A stretch of 59,245 bases of DNA, counting the filler. It is 4 parts of 4 records of this genome, joined end to end, with 100 filler letters (N's around TTAATTAATTAA, not from the genome) between each part and the next. Parts side by side here need not be neighbours in the genome. Positions count along the whole stretch, not along the records: positions 19,858 to 51,478 come from DRR378314_488; 3 more parts are not named here. One strand, 5' to 3'. The position numbers and the translations under genes are program-made. Below the pieces are notes generated by a model. It was given only the letters and a program-made list of their open reading frames with translations, was not told where the DNA came from and made no database searches. Below, in pieces: positions 33,044 to 42,769 of the stretch. Every line of letters begins with the position of its first letter. Positions within the stretch are counted from its first letter, which is position 1.

Positions 33044-33412
33044 ATGTCATCAACGCCAGATGTTTTGTCTGCTTCGCCGCGGCGGCAACGCCGAAATGGC
33101 CTAGCGCGTTGGTGGCTGGCAGGCCTCTTAGTGAGCTGTTTGTTACCTGCTAGTTTACATCCTTCAGATGCATTTCGTAGTGGTGAGCGCGGCGTCATCA
33201 TCTGTTTTTGGGTGCCCGCGATGCTGCGTGCCCAATCTGAATGGATCGCCAAGAAGCGCTGTGCGCTGCGCCGCTGGGTACGAAAAAAAACGCGCATCCA
33301 TCCTATCGTCTTGCACGGTTCCCGCTATTTTCTTCATATCCCACGTCGATTGGTTGCCGCGATTGATGTGCTGACCCCTCGTGGTCCGCCAGCTCAGCTG
33401 TCCGTTTACTAA
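33044..33412 (+). CDS. Putative SecM-like secretion-monitor leader protein with C-terminal RGPP arrest motif
   Basis: secM-equivalent position; basic N-region plus hydrophobic WWLAGLLVSCLLPASL; LTPRGPP six residues before the stop. Confidence 0.65.
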   Translation: MSSTPDVLSASPRRQRRNGLARWWLAGLLVSCLLPASLHPSDAFRSGERGVIICFWVPAMLRAQSEWIAKKRCALRRWVRKKTRIHPIVLHGSRYFLHIPRRLVAAIDVLTPRGPPAQLSVY

Positions 33413-33481
33413 ATTTACCCTTATTTGCCTTATATAAAAGGGCGCGCCTGAATGGGGCGCTCGTGAAGATTTGGAACTTTC

Positions 33482-36214
33482 ATGATTAATAATTTGTTAC
33501 GTAAAGTCGTTGGCTCTAAAAATGATCGCGACGTTAAACGCATGCAAAAAAGTGTGCTCAGTATTAACGTTTTAGAGCAGGCGCTTGAAGGGGTGAGTGA
33601 CGCTGAGTTGCAGGAAAAAACAGGGCTGCTCCGTCAAAAATTAGCAGAAGGCGCGTCTGTTGATAGTTTGTTGCCTGAAGCATTTGCCGTCGTGCGAGAG
33701 GCCAGTAAGCGGGTAATGAAAATGCGCCACTTTGACGTCCAGATGGTCGGTGGCATGACGTTGCATCGTGGCCGTATTGCGGAAATGAAAACCGGCGAGG
33801 GTAAAACCCTGGTGGCGACGCTTGCCGTCTATTTAAATGCGCTGCCAAGCAAGGGTGTGCATGTTGTCACCGTTAACGACTACCTTGCTCGTCGTGATGC
33901 TGAGTGGATGCGGCCCTTGTATGAGTTCCTTGGGCTATCGGTAGGCGTTATCTATGCTGGTCAAACGGGTGAAGAGAAGCGCCATGCCTATCAGTGTGAC
34001 ATCACTTACGGTACTAACAATGAGTTTGGTTTCGACTATCTGCGCGACAACATGGCGTTCTCGCTTGAGGATAAAGTGCAGCGTGGCCTGCATTACGCCA
34101 TTGTCGATGAAGTTGACTCTATTTTAATTGATGAGGCCCGTACGCCGTTAATTATCTCGGGCGCAGTGGATGAAAACACTGATTTGTATGGCATTGTGAA
34201 TCGTCTGGCTCAACAGTTAGAGCAAGGTGAAGCCTCTGAAGACAGCGATGCGCCGGTCACGGGAGATTTCCTGCTTGATGAAAAACAAAAGCAGGTAGAG
34301 CTTACCGAGCAGGGACATAACAAAGTTGAAGAGCTAATGCGTGCCGAAGGGTTGTTGGGCGAGGGCGAGTCGCTTTATGCCGCACAAAACCTAAACTTGC
34401 TTCAGCATATGCATTCCGCGCTGCGCGCACGGCATCTTTATCATTTAGACGTTGACTACATCGTGTCTGAAGGCCAGGTCGTCATCGTTGATGAGCATAC
34501 TGGGCGTAGTATGCCGGGACGCCGATGGTCAGAAGGGCTGCACCAAGCGGTTGAAGCGAAAGAAGGGGTGACGGTTCAGCGAGAGAGCCAGACACTGGCA
34601 TCGACTACTTTCCAGAACTATTTCCGTTTGTATGAAAAGCTCGCAGGTATGACCGGCACCGCTGATACCGAAGCGTTCGAATTTCGGCAAATTTATGGCC
34701 TGGATGTGGTCGTTATTCCAACCAACCGACCGCTTGCTCGTAAAGATCTGAATGATTTGGTTTATCTGAGTGCGGAAGAGAAATACGAAGCGATTATTAA
34801 AGATGTGAGGACCGAAACCGAGGCAGGGCGCCCTGTTCTAGTCGGTACGGCATCGATTGAAACCTCTGAGTACCTAGCTCGCCTTATGCGCGAAGCTGGC
34901 CTGGCGTTTAATGTGCTGAATGCTAAACAGCACCAAAGCGAAGCAGAAATCATCGCTCAAGCAGGTCGTCCTGGCGCCATTACTATTGCAACGAATATGG
35001 CGGGTCGTGGTACCGATATCGTTCTGGGGGGGAATTGGGAAGCAGAAGCAGCTAAGCTGCAAAATCCCACCCAAGAACAGGTTGATGCGCTAAAGGCGGA
35101 GTGGCAGAAGCGCCATGACGGTGTTTTAGAGGCGGGTGGTTTGCATGTGATTGGTTCTGAGCGCCATGAGTCCCGTCGTATTGATAACCAGTTGCGTGGC
35201 CGTGCGGGACGTCAAGGTGACCCAGGCTCTACACGCTTCTTCCTCTCGTTAGAAGACAGTTTGATGCGCTTGTTTGGTTCTGACCGAGTGAAGCGCTTGA
35301 TGCTGGCTCTTGGGCTAGAGCGCGGTGAGGCGATTGAGCACAAGATGGTGTCTAACGCTGTCGAGCGCGCCCAGAAAAAAGTAGAGGGGCGCAACTTTGA
35401 TATCCGCAAGCAGTTGCTTGAATACGATGATGTCGCTAACGACCAGCGCCGAGTTATCTACGAACAGCGTAATGAAATTCTTTCCGCTGATGAGGTTTCC
35501 GACGCCGTTATCGGTATTCGTGAAGAAGTCATGGAAGATGCCATCAGTGATTATGTGCCACCTCAGAGCTTGGCTGAGCAGTGGGATTTGCCTGGGTTAG
35601 AGGCGCATCTTAAAACTGAATTCAATCTTGATGCTCCTGTTACGCAGTGGGCGGCAGAGGATGAGCGTTTCAGTGAAGAGAAGCTGCGTGAGCGTTTACA
35701 AACGATGCACCGCGATGCGTATCAAGCCAAAATTGAGGCTGCTGGTGCCACGTTGATTCGCCGTTTTGAAAAACAAGTCATGCTCCAGGTATTGGATACC
35801 CGTTGGAAAGAGCATCTTCAGTCGATGGATCACTTGCGTCGCGGTATTCATTTGCGTGGTTACGCCCAGAAGAACCCTAAGCAAGAGTACAAGCGAGAGT
35901 CCTTCGAGTTGTTCCAGCATCTGCTAACGAACATCAAAGCTGACGTTACGCGTATTTTAAGCCACGTTCAGGTTCGTCAGCCTGAAGAGGTTGATGCGTT
36001 AGAGCAAAAGCGCCGTGAAGAGTCAGTACGTGAACGTGCGACAGCAGCAAGCCGCCACGACGACCCTAACGCCCAGCAGGACGATGTTTCACAGGACGCG
36101 CCAGGGGCTGATGGTCGTCCGCTGCGTCGTGAAGGACCAAAAGTAGGACGCAATGATCCGTGCTCATGTGGGTCCGGTAAAAAATATAAGCAGTGCTGCG
36201 GAAAACTAAGCTAA
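33482..36214 (+). CDS. secA: Preprotein translocase ATPase SecA
   Basis: [33 protein letters not shown]-terminal zinc-binding [18 protein letters not shown]. Confidence 0.99.
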   Translation: MINNLLRKVVGSKNDRDVKRMQKSVLSINVLEQALEGVSDAELQEKTGLLRQKLAEGASVDSLLPEAFAVVREASKRVMKMRHFDVQMVGGMTLHRGRIAEMKTGEGKTLVATLAVYLNALPSKGVHVVTVNDYLARRDAEWMRPLYEFLGLSVGVIYAGQTGEEKRHAYQCDITYGTNNEFGFDYLRDNMAFSLEDKVQRGLHYAIVDEVDSILIDEARTPLIISGAVDENTDLYGIVNRLAQQLEQGEASEDSDAPVTGDFLLDEKQKQVELTEQGHNKVEELMRAEGLLGEGESLYAAQNLNLLQHMHSALRARHLYHLDVDYIVSEGQVVIVDEHTGRSMPGRRWSEGLHQAVEAKEGVTVQRESQTLASTTFQNYFRLYEKLAGMTGTADTEAFEFRQIYGLDVVVIPTNRPLARKDLNDLVYLSAEEKYEAIIKDVRTETEAGRPVLVGTASIETSEYLARLMREAGLAFNVLNAKQHQSEAEIIAQAGRPGAITIATNMAGRGTDIVLGGNWEAEAAKLQNPTQEQVDALKAEWQKRHDGVLEAGGLHVIGSERHESRRIDNQLRGRAGRQGDPGSTRFFLSLEDSLMRLFGSDRVKRLMLALGLERGEAIEHKMVSNAVERAQKKVEGRNFDIRKQLLEYDDVANDQRRVIYEQRNEILSADEVSDAVIGIREEVMEDAISDYVPPQSLAEQWDLPGLEAHLKTEFNLDAPVTQWAAEDERFSEEKLRERLQTMHRDAYQAKIEAAGATLIRRFEKQVMLQVLDTRWKEHLQSMDHLRRGIHLRGYAQKNPKQEYKRESFELFQHLLTNIKADVTRILSHVQVRQPEEVDALEQKRREESVRERATAASRHDDPNAQQDDVSQDAPGADGRPLRREGPKVGRNDPCSCGSGKKYKQCCGKLS

Positions 36215-36250
36215 TCACGCGTGGCGAAATTGAGCGCAAAGGAGAAAAAC

Positions 36251-37480
36251 ATGGCGGTGGGAAATCTTGCTTTTCCGGAATTGCCACCCCTTAATGGGGT
36301 GCGCCTGGGTAGTGCAATGGCAGGTATTAAAAAGCCGGATCGCCGTGATGTTGTGGTGATTGAGCTACCTGAAACTGCCACGGTAGCTGGGGTTTTTACT
36401 CGTAATGCGTTTTGTGCTGCCCCAGTGGTCGCTGCGAAAGCGCATCTTGAAGCGTGTGCAAGCGCAGGGCGTGTGCCTCGCTACTGGCTGGTAAATACTG
36501 GCAATGCCAATGCTGGTACTGGCGCATCAGGCTTGCAGGATGCTTATGCCAGCTGTGAAGCGCTTGCTGAGCAAATGGGCGTTGATAAAAGCCAGGTCTT
36601 GCCCTTTTCAACCGGCGTGATTGGCGAACCTCTGCCCATGACGCGTCTGCTTGCCGGTATACCCCATGCGCTAAATTCCTTAACGGATACTAGCCTTGCT
36701 TGGCAGCAAGCGGGAGAGGGAATTCTAACCACGGATACCCGCGCCAAGGGCGCAACGGCAACCGTTTCAATTGGCGATCAGCAGGTCACGATCAACGGTA
36801 TTACCAAAGGTTCAGGCATGATTAAGCCTAATATGGCGACCATGTTGGGCTTTGTAGTAACGGATGCGGCGATTGCGCAGCCGTTGTTAGCAAGTTTGTT
36901 ACGTGAAACGGTAGATCACTCCTTTAACTGCATCACTGTCGATAGCGATACATCAACCAACGATGCATGCATGTTGGCAGCGACAGGTACCGGCGCTCGC
37001 ATCGAAAACGAAGAGCAGGTGGCCATTTTCCGCAATGCGCTGCAATGCGTCATGACCGAGCTTGCTCAAGCGATTATTCGTGATGGCGAAGGGGCAACTA
37101 AGTTTGTGACGCTCCAGGTGGATGAAGCGACCACTCGGCAGGAAGCCTTGGATGTCGCTTTTACCGTTGCTCACTCGCCGCTGGTGAAGACTGCGCTCTA
37201 CGCTTCTGATGCTAACTGGGGGCGTATTCTAGCCGCTGTTGGGCGCGCGCCGGTTGAGGCATTCGATGTTAACCAAGTCGTGATTGATTTGGGTGACGTT
37301 CGCTTGGTTGAACAGGGCGGCCGTGCCGACAGTTATACAGAGGCTGCGGGCAGCGCTGTCATGGCGCAGGAAGAGATCATCATTCGCATTAATTTGGGCC
37401 GTGGTGAAGAGAGTGCCACTGTGTGGACCTCGGACCTATCTCATGACTATGTGACTATCAACGCGGATTACCGTAGCTGA
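36251..37480 (+). CDS. argJ: Glutamate N-acetyltransferase / amino-acid acetyltransferase
   Basis: KGSGMIKPNMATML autoproteolysis site, DSDTSTND, DGEGATK. Confidence 0.96.
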   Translation: MAVGNLAFPELPPLNGVRLGSAMAGIKKPDRRDVVVIELPETATVAGVFTRNAFCAAPVVAAKAHLEACASAGRVPRYWLVNTGNANAGTGASGLQDAYASCEALAEQMGVDKSQVLPFSTGVIGEPLPMTRLLAGIPHALNSLTDTSLAWQQAGEGILTTDTRAKGATATVSIGDQQVTINGITKGSGMIKPNMATMLGFVVTDAAIAQPLLASLLRETVDHSFNCITVDSDTSTNDACMLAATGTGARIENEEQVAIFRNALQCVMTELAQAIIRDGEGATKFVTLQVDEATTRQEALDVAFTVAHSPLVKTALYASDANWGRILAAVGRAPVEAFDVNQVVIDLGDVRLVEQGGRADSYTEAAGSAVMAQEEIIIRINLGRGEESATVWTSDLSHDYVTINADYRS

Positions 37481-37583
37481 AGTGCACTGAAAAGTAGCCA
37501 AAAACAGTTGCAGTGACGTGCTAATGCAGCGAGATAGCGTCGTCTTTGGTTAGGGCGGCGCGCAAAAAGTGGGTAAAGACGTA

Positions 37584-38540
37584 ATGAGTGTAATGGTAAA
37601 ACGACGAGTTCATGTCGCGGCGGCTGCAATGATCAGCGCCGATCAGAAGCGGGTGCTGATTGCGCGTCGGCCCTCTAATGTCGATCAAGGCGGCCTATGG
37701 GAGTTTCCTGGGGGCAAGCTGGCGCCTTATGAAACAGGCTTGGAAGGTCTCAAGCGTGAGCTTCACGAAGAGCTTGGCGTCGAAATTGTACGGGCCCGGC
37801 CTCTTATCCGTGTTCATCATGAGTATCCTGATAAGCACATCCTGCTAGATGTTTGGCAAGTCCAAGAGTTTGCAGGTGAGCCGTTTGGCCGTGAGGGGCA
37901 GGCTGTGCGCTGGGTGCCTATGGAAGAGTTGGTGAACTATCCTTTCCCTGCCGCTAACTTGCCTATTTTGCGTGCGGTGATGTTGCCCACCGATTATCTG
38001 ATTACCGGCGAAGAAGCTAACGAAGAGCGTTTCGATAGCTTGTTAGAAAGAGCGCTTAGTGAAGACGGCGTAAGACTCGTACAGCTACGGGCAAAAAATC
38101 TTGATGAAGCGGCATACATTGCCCGTGCTGAGCGCGCGCTGCGCCTTTGCCGTCAGTACGATGCGAAGCTGTTGCTGAATGGCGAGCCTGCATTGCTTGA
38201 CGCTGTTGATGCTGACGGAATCCATTTAACCAGCGCACGGTTAATGGACCTTGAGCGTCGCCCGATTGCTGAAAATAAGTGGCTCTCAGCGTCGACTCAC
38301 GATCAAAAGCAGCTTTCTCAAGCCGCGGTTTTAGGGTGTGATTTTGTTACGCTGTCGCCGTTGCGCACTACGCCTTCTCATCCTGAAGTGGCGCCACTGG
38401 GGTGGCATGACTTCCAGCAGCTAGTGGAGCGTGCTGGTATGCCGGTATTTGCACTGGGTGGTATGACACGTTTTGATGCTAACCATGCACGCGCTGTTGG
38501 TGCTCAGGGAATTGCGTCTATTCGTGATTTTTGGAAGTAA
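37584..38540 (+). CDS. Nudix (MutT) / thiamine-phosphate-synthase-like fusion
   Basis: WEFPGGK...RELHEELG Nudix box; C-terminal VQLRAK, SASTHD, PVFALGG ThiE-like barrel. Confidence 0.88.
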   Translation: MSVMVKRRVHVAAAAMISADQKRVLIARRPSNVDQGGLWEFPGGKLAPYETGLEGLKRELHEELGVEIVRARPLIRVHHEYPDKHILLDVWQVQEFAGEPFGREGQAVRWVPMEELVNYPFPAANLPILRAVMLPTDYLITGEEANEERFDSLLERALSEDGVRLVQLRAKNLDEAAYIARAERALRLCRQYDAKLLLNGEPALLDAVDADGIHLTSARLMDLERRPIAENKWLSASTHDQKQLSQAAVLGCDFVTLSPLRTTPSHPEVAPLGWHDFQQLVERAGMPVFALGGMTRFDANHARAVGAQGIASIRDFWK

Positions 38541-38575
38541 AGCCAATCGCCACACGTTAGCATTTTTGAATGCTG

Positions 38576-38600
38576 CGCCTGCTCTCGATGAGAGCAGGCG
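38576..38600. terminator. GC-rich hairpin between convergent genes
   Basis: CGCCTGCTCTC-gat-GAGAGCAGGCG. Confidence 0.75.
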
Positions 38601-38612
38601 TCTATGTTTTTA

Positions 38613-39515
38613 TCAATCGCGATAACGGCGTGTTAAGTCACCGTAAGCATCAATGCGGCGGTCGCGCAAATAAGGCCAAATACGCCGAGTGTTCTCGCTA
38701 CGCGCCATATCGATGTTGACGACTAGTTGCTGCGTCTCTTCACCTGCATGCGCTAGCATTTCTCCCTGTGGGCCGCATACAAAACTTCCTCCCCAAAACG
38801 CAATGCCGTTACCAACGCCAGAATGGTCGGGTTCAAAGCCGACTCGGTTAGCGACCAGCACGGGCAGCCCGTTAGCGACGCCATGGGAGCGCTGTATAAT
38901 TGTCCAAGCATCTTTCTGACGGGCTTTTTCAGCGTCATCATCACTTGGATCCCAGCCGATGGCCGTGGGGTAGAGAAGCAGCTCCGCACCACTTAGTGCC
39001 ATTAAGCGTGCCGCTTCCGGGTACCATTGGTCCCAACAAACCAGAATACCTAGCCGCCCAACAGAGGTGTCAATAGGCGTGAAGCCTTGGCCACGTCTGT
39101 CGTCAACATCGCCAGGGGTAAAGTAAAACTTTTCGTAAAAGGCCGGATCATCCGGGATGTGCATTTTACGGTACTGTCCTACACGTCCTTTTGCGCGGTC
39201 ATAAACGACGGCTGTATTGTGGTAAAGCCCCGCCGCCCGCTTTTCAAACAGCGACCCCACCAGCACAATATTCAGCTCCTTGGCTAGTTCGGCCAGGTGC
39301 TGACCAGTAGGGCCGTCTAATGGTTCAGCCAAATCAAACAGTGCAGGGTCTTCGTACTGGCAAAAGTAGTGCGTGGCATGCAGCTCCTGAAGCAACACTA
39401 ATTGTGCGCCTTGGCTAGCAACTGAGCGTATGCCTGCTTCGCTGGCAGCAAGACTACGTGCTTTATCTGGCCACGCGGGCTGTTGAACAACACCGACGGT
39501 TAAGCTGTTAGACAT
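38613..39515 (-). CDS. aguB: Carbon-nitrogen hydrolase, N-carbamoylputrescine amidase-like
   Basis: Nitrilase triad LQELH / YRKMHIP / VCWDQW; adjacent to an agmatine deiminase. Confidence 0.8.
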   Translation of the reverse strand: MSNSLTVGVVQQPAWPDKARSLAASEAGIRSVASQGAQLVLLQELHATHYFCQYEDPALFDLAEPLDGPTGQHLAELAKELNIVLVGSLFEKRAAGLYHNTAVVYDRAKGRVGQYRKMHIPDDPAFYEKFYFTPGDVDDRRGQGFTPIDTSVGRLGILVCWDQWYPEAARLMALSGAELLLYPTAIGWDPSDDDAEKARQKDAWTIIQRSHGVANGLPVLVANRVGFEPDHSGVGNGIAFWGGSFVCGPQGEMLAHAGEETQQLVVNIDMARSENTRRIWPYLRDRRIDAYGDLTRRYRD

Positions 39516-39524
39516 GATGGCTCC

Positions 39525-40595
39525 TTAGGATTGACTAAGCGCAGGGGCAAGGGTGCCTTTCGGTAGCTGCATGGTTAAGCAGTGAAGGCTGCCATGCTGG
39601 CGAATGACGCTATTACACTCGATAGGAATCAGGGTGTGTTCTGGAAAGGCAATACTCAACGCTTGCAGCGCGACCAGGTCGGCGGGATCGCCGTAAGTGG
39701 GCACCAGTACGGCATTATTGATAATTAAAAAATTCGCATAGGTAGCCGGGAGGCGATGACCATCTTCAGGATCAAAGCAGGCCTGTGGCCACGGCAAAGC
39801 GATTAACTGGTAGGGCTCGCCGTTGCGCTGGCGAAACGCCATGAGCTCTTGCTCCATTGCGTTTAGCGCTGGATAGTGAGGATCAGTCGGGTCGTCGCAG
39901 CGGACATACGCAATGGTAGAGGGATTGCAAAAGCGCGCGAGCGTATCAACATGACTGTCAGTATCGTCACCTTCAAGATGCCCATTGGCTAGCCATAGGA
40001 CTCGATCGACGCCAAAATCTTCCGCTAACTGGGCTTCAACATCCGTACGCGAAAGTGACGGATTGCGGTTGGGGTTCAGTAAGCAGGCTTCAGTGGTTAG
40101 CAGCGTGCCCTCTCCGTCGGTTTCAATCGCGCCGCCTTCTAGCACCATGCTGCGGGGAGCGATGGGGCAAGTCCACACCCCTGCATCGTCCAGCCATTGA
40201 GTGAGGCGATTGTCATGCTCGGCAGGAAATTTACCGCCCCAGCCAGTAAACGTGTAATCCAGCATGAGTGGCTGCTGCGCTTCGTCCACCACGGTGATCG
40301 GCCCATGGTCTCGGGCCCAAGTGTCATCCGTGGGAGCGACAATGAGCATCAGTTGTTGTTGGGCAATGCCATAGGCCTCAAACGTCGCAGCCAAGCGATG
40401 CTGGGTGGTGTCATCAGGAACGCTGATTAACACGCGCTGATAGCGTGTCGTGGCAATCACGATACGCTCAAGTGTTGCTTCGATGCGCGATAACAGCGGT
40501 GCCCAGTCGCCGTCTGGGCGGGGCCAAGTCAGTTGCAAGCCGTCTTGGGGGGACCACTCGGGCAATAAACGGTAAGTCTTGTTAGCCAACGTCAC
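39525..40595 (-). CDS. aguA: Agmatine deiminase family protein
   Basis: DTWARDHGP, LEGGAIETDG, DTDSHVD, catalytic GSLHCLT; start uncertain (GTG 40595). Confidence 0.82.
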   Translation of the reverse strand: MTLANKTYRLLPEWSPQDGLQLTWPRPDGDWAPLLSRIEATLERIVIATTRYQRVLISVPDDTTQHRLAATFEAYGIAQQQLMLIVAPTDDTWARDHGPITVVDEAQQPLMLDYTFTGWGGKFPAEHDNRLTQWLDDAGVWTCPIAPRSMVLEGGAIETDGEGTLLTTEACLLNPNRNPSLSRTDVEAQLAEDFGVDRVLWLANGHLEGDDTDSHVDTLARFCNPSTIAYVRCDDPTDPHYPALNAMEQELMAFRQRNGEPYQLIALPWPQACFDPEDGHRLPATYANFLIINNAVLVPTYGDPADLVALQALSIAFPEHTLIPIECNSVIRQHGSLHCLTMQLPKGTLAPALSQS

Positions 40596-40794
40596 GAATG
40601 CTCTTAATAGTCGAAAAAATCCTTGCCCTAAAGACAAGCAGAATGGGCGCAATTTAGGGGCTCGCTTAGCAACATGCAAGCGTTACCGTGCTTGAGGGAA
40701 CGCTAGGCAGACTTGTTACTCTAACGCAGCGTTCGTACATGCACCCATGCTAAAAAAACCGTACCATGGACGCTTATTACTAAGGAATGATGCC

Positions 40795-42036
40795 ATGCTT
40801 GATCGTTTGCCTTTTCTGGTGGGGCTGCGCTACGTGCGCGCTAAACGCCGGAACCACTTTATTTCATTTATTTCGCTAACTTCAATGCTGGGGTTAATGC
40901 TTGGCGTGGCAGTGCTGATACTTGTGCTGTCGGTGATGAATGGTTTTGATCACGAGCTGCGTACTCGAATTTTGGGCATGGTGCCTCACACTAAAATTGA
41001 ATCACAAGCAGGGTTAGTTGAGTGGCAGGCGTTAGCAGAGCAGCTTGTTGAGCGAGAGCGAGTCATTGGTGCAGCGCCTTATGTTGAACAGCAAGGTATG
41101 TTTTCAGCGGGTGGTAGAAACCAAGGTGCTATGGTGAATGGCATTCACCCAGACTGGGAAGATCAAGTGTCGATTATTGGTGAGCATATGCGCCAAGGTC
41201 AGCTTTCTGATCTGGTGCCTGGTGAGTGGCACGTAGTGCTGGGGTCTATGCTGGCACGCCGCTTGGGCGTTGGGGTAGGTGATCGCGTCACGCTACTTGT
41301 TCCAGAGGCATCGATTACACCCGCAGGGGTTTTTCCAAGACTCAAGCGATTCACTGTTAGCGGTATCTTTAGTGTAGGCGCTGATTTAGACGCTAATCTG
41401 GCCTATGCCAATATTGAAGATATGCAAACGTTAGCGCGCTTGGGCGACGCGGTGGGTGGCCTACGGCTGGAGCTAGATGACCTGTTCGTGGCTGGCAGTG
41501 AAACGCAAGCGATTGTTAACGAACTTGGCGCAGGGTACCGCGGTACGGATTGGACTGCTTCCCATGGCAGTCTATTTCAAGCGATACAGATGGAAAAGCG
41601 CATGATTGCATTGCTGCTGACGGTCATTATTGCCGTTGCCGCGTTTAATATAGTGTCTACGCTAGTGATGGTAGTGACCGATAAGCGAGCGGATATTGCC
41701 ATTTTACGCACCATCGGTGCCACCCCACGTTCGATCATGGGGATTTTTATCGTGCAAGGGCTCACCATCGGTCTGATAGGTATTGCGATTGGCGTTACTG
41801 TGGGTGTTCTCCTGGCACTGACTGTCTCTGATTTGATCAGTTGGTTTGAAACAACTTTCGGTATTCAGTTCTTGGATGCTGGGGTTTACTTTATTAGTGA
41901 CTTGCCCTCACAACTGCAGTGGGGTGATGTGCGTGATATTGTCATCGCTGCCTTTGGTCTGACCTTCCTCTCGACGCTTTATCCCGCTTGGCGGGCCGCT
42001 CGGGTTCAGCCAGCCGATGTACTGCGTTATGAATAA
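40795..42036 (+). CDS. Lipoprotein-releasing ABC transporter permease (single LolC/E, LolF-like)
   Basis: GLRYVRAKRRNHFISFIS, LSVMNGF, AAFNIVSTL, YPAWRAARVQPADVLRYE. Confidence 0.92.
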   Translation: MLDRLPFLVGLRYVRAKRRNHFISFISLTSMLGLMLGVAVLILVLSVMNGFDHELRTRILGMVPHTKIESQAGLVEWQALAEQLVERERVIGAAPYVEQQGMFSAGGRNQGAMVNGIHPDWEDQVSIIGEHMRQGQLSDLVPGEWHVVLGSMLARRLGVGVGDRVTLLVPEASITPAGVFPRLKRFTVSGIFSVGADLDANLAYANIEDMQTLARLGDAVGGLRLELDDLFVAGSETQAIVNELGAGYRGTDWTASHGSLFQAIQMEKRMIALLLTVIIAVAAFNIVSTLVMVVTDKRADIAILRTIGATPRSIMGIFIVQGLTIGLIGIAIGVTVGVLLALTVSDLISWFETTFGIQFLDAGVYFISDLPSQLQWGDVRDIVIAAFGLTFLSTLYPAWRAARVQPADVLRYE

Positions 42037-42046
42037 GGAAGCAACG

Positions 42047-42757
42047 ATGACCTCAAGTACCCAGCACTCAACCACAGTTATGTTGGAATGTAACAGCCTG
42101 ACACGGGTATATAGTGAAGGCCCTCAAGATCTTACCGTATTAGATCAGCTTGAGCTTAAGGTACATGCTGGAGAGCGTGTTGCCATTGTAGGGAGTTCAG
42201 GCTCGGGTAAAACAACGCTGTTAAACCTGCTGGGAGGGCTTGATCGGCCTAGCGCTGGTAGCGTAGTGATTGCTGGCGAGACGTTGGCCGGTCTTAACGA
42301 AGCGGCACTAGGTCGTTTTCGGAACCGCTATATCGGCTTTGTCTACCAGTTTCATCACCTGCTAGCTGAATTCACTGCGCTAGAGAACGCCGCGCTGCCG
42401 TTAATTATTCGCGGCCAGTCTAAAAAGGCAGCGGAGCAGCGGGCTATGCAGTTGCTCGAACGGGTGGGCATGAAGGCGCGAGCAGATCATAAACCGGGCG
42501 AACTTTCAGGGGGGGAACGTCAGCGGGTGGCCATTGCCCGTGCATTAGTGACAGATCCCCGTCTTGTGCTAATGGATGAGCCAACCGGGAACCTTGATCA
42601 AACCACGGCAGGTACCATTTTAGCGCTTATGGATGAATTGGCTAAAGAGAGTGCCTGCGCGTTTGTTATTGTGACTCATGATGTCAGTTTGGCTGCCCAT
42701 CAGGATCGGGTGTTAAGGCTGGATAGTGGGCGGTTAATTGAGCAGAACAACGACTAA
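42047..42757 (+). CDS. lolD: Lipoprotein-releasing ABC transporter ATPase
   Basis: GSSGSGKT, GFVYQFHHLL LolD motif, LSGGERQR. Confidence 0.94.
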   Translation: MTSSTQHSTTVMLECNSLTRVYSEGPQDLTVLDQLELKVHAGERVAIVGSSGSGKTTLLNLLGGLDRPSAGSVVIAGETLAGLNEAALGRFRNRYIGFVYQFHHLLAEFTALENAALPLIIRGQSKKAAEQRAMQLLERVGMKARADHKPGELSGGERQRVAIARALVTDPRLVLMDEPTGNLDQTTAGTILALMDELAKESACAFVIVTHDVSLAAHQDRVLRLDSGRLIEQNND

Positions 42758-42769
42758 TACCCTAGGGGG

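Noticed and set aside
33044-33130. Twin-arginine (Tat) signal in the leader ORF (PRRQRR)
   Set aside because: Does not fit S/T-R-R-x-F-L-K; better read as a basic N-region of a Sec signal or anchor
33016-33374. Alternative ORFs 33016-33297 (-) and 33168-33374 (+) in the dciA-secA gap
   Set aside because: They overlap the better-supported 33044-33412 ORF and lack signal or motif features
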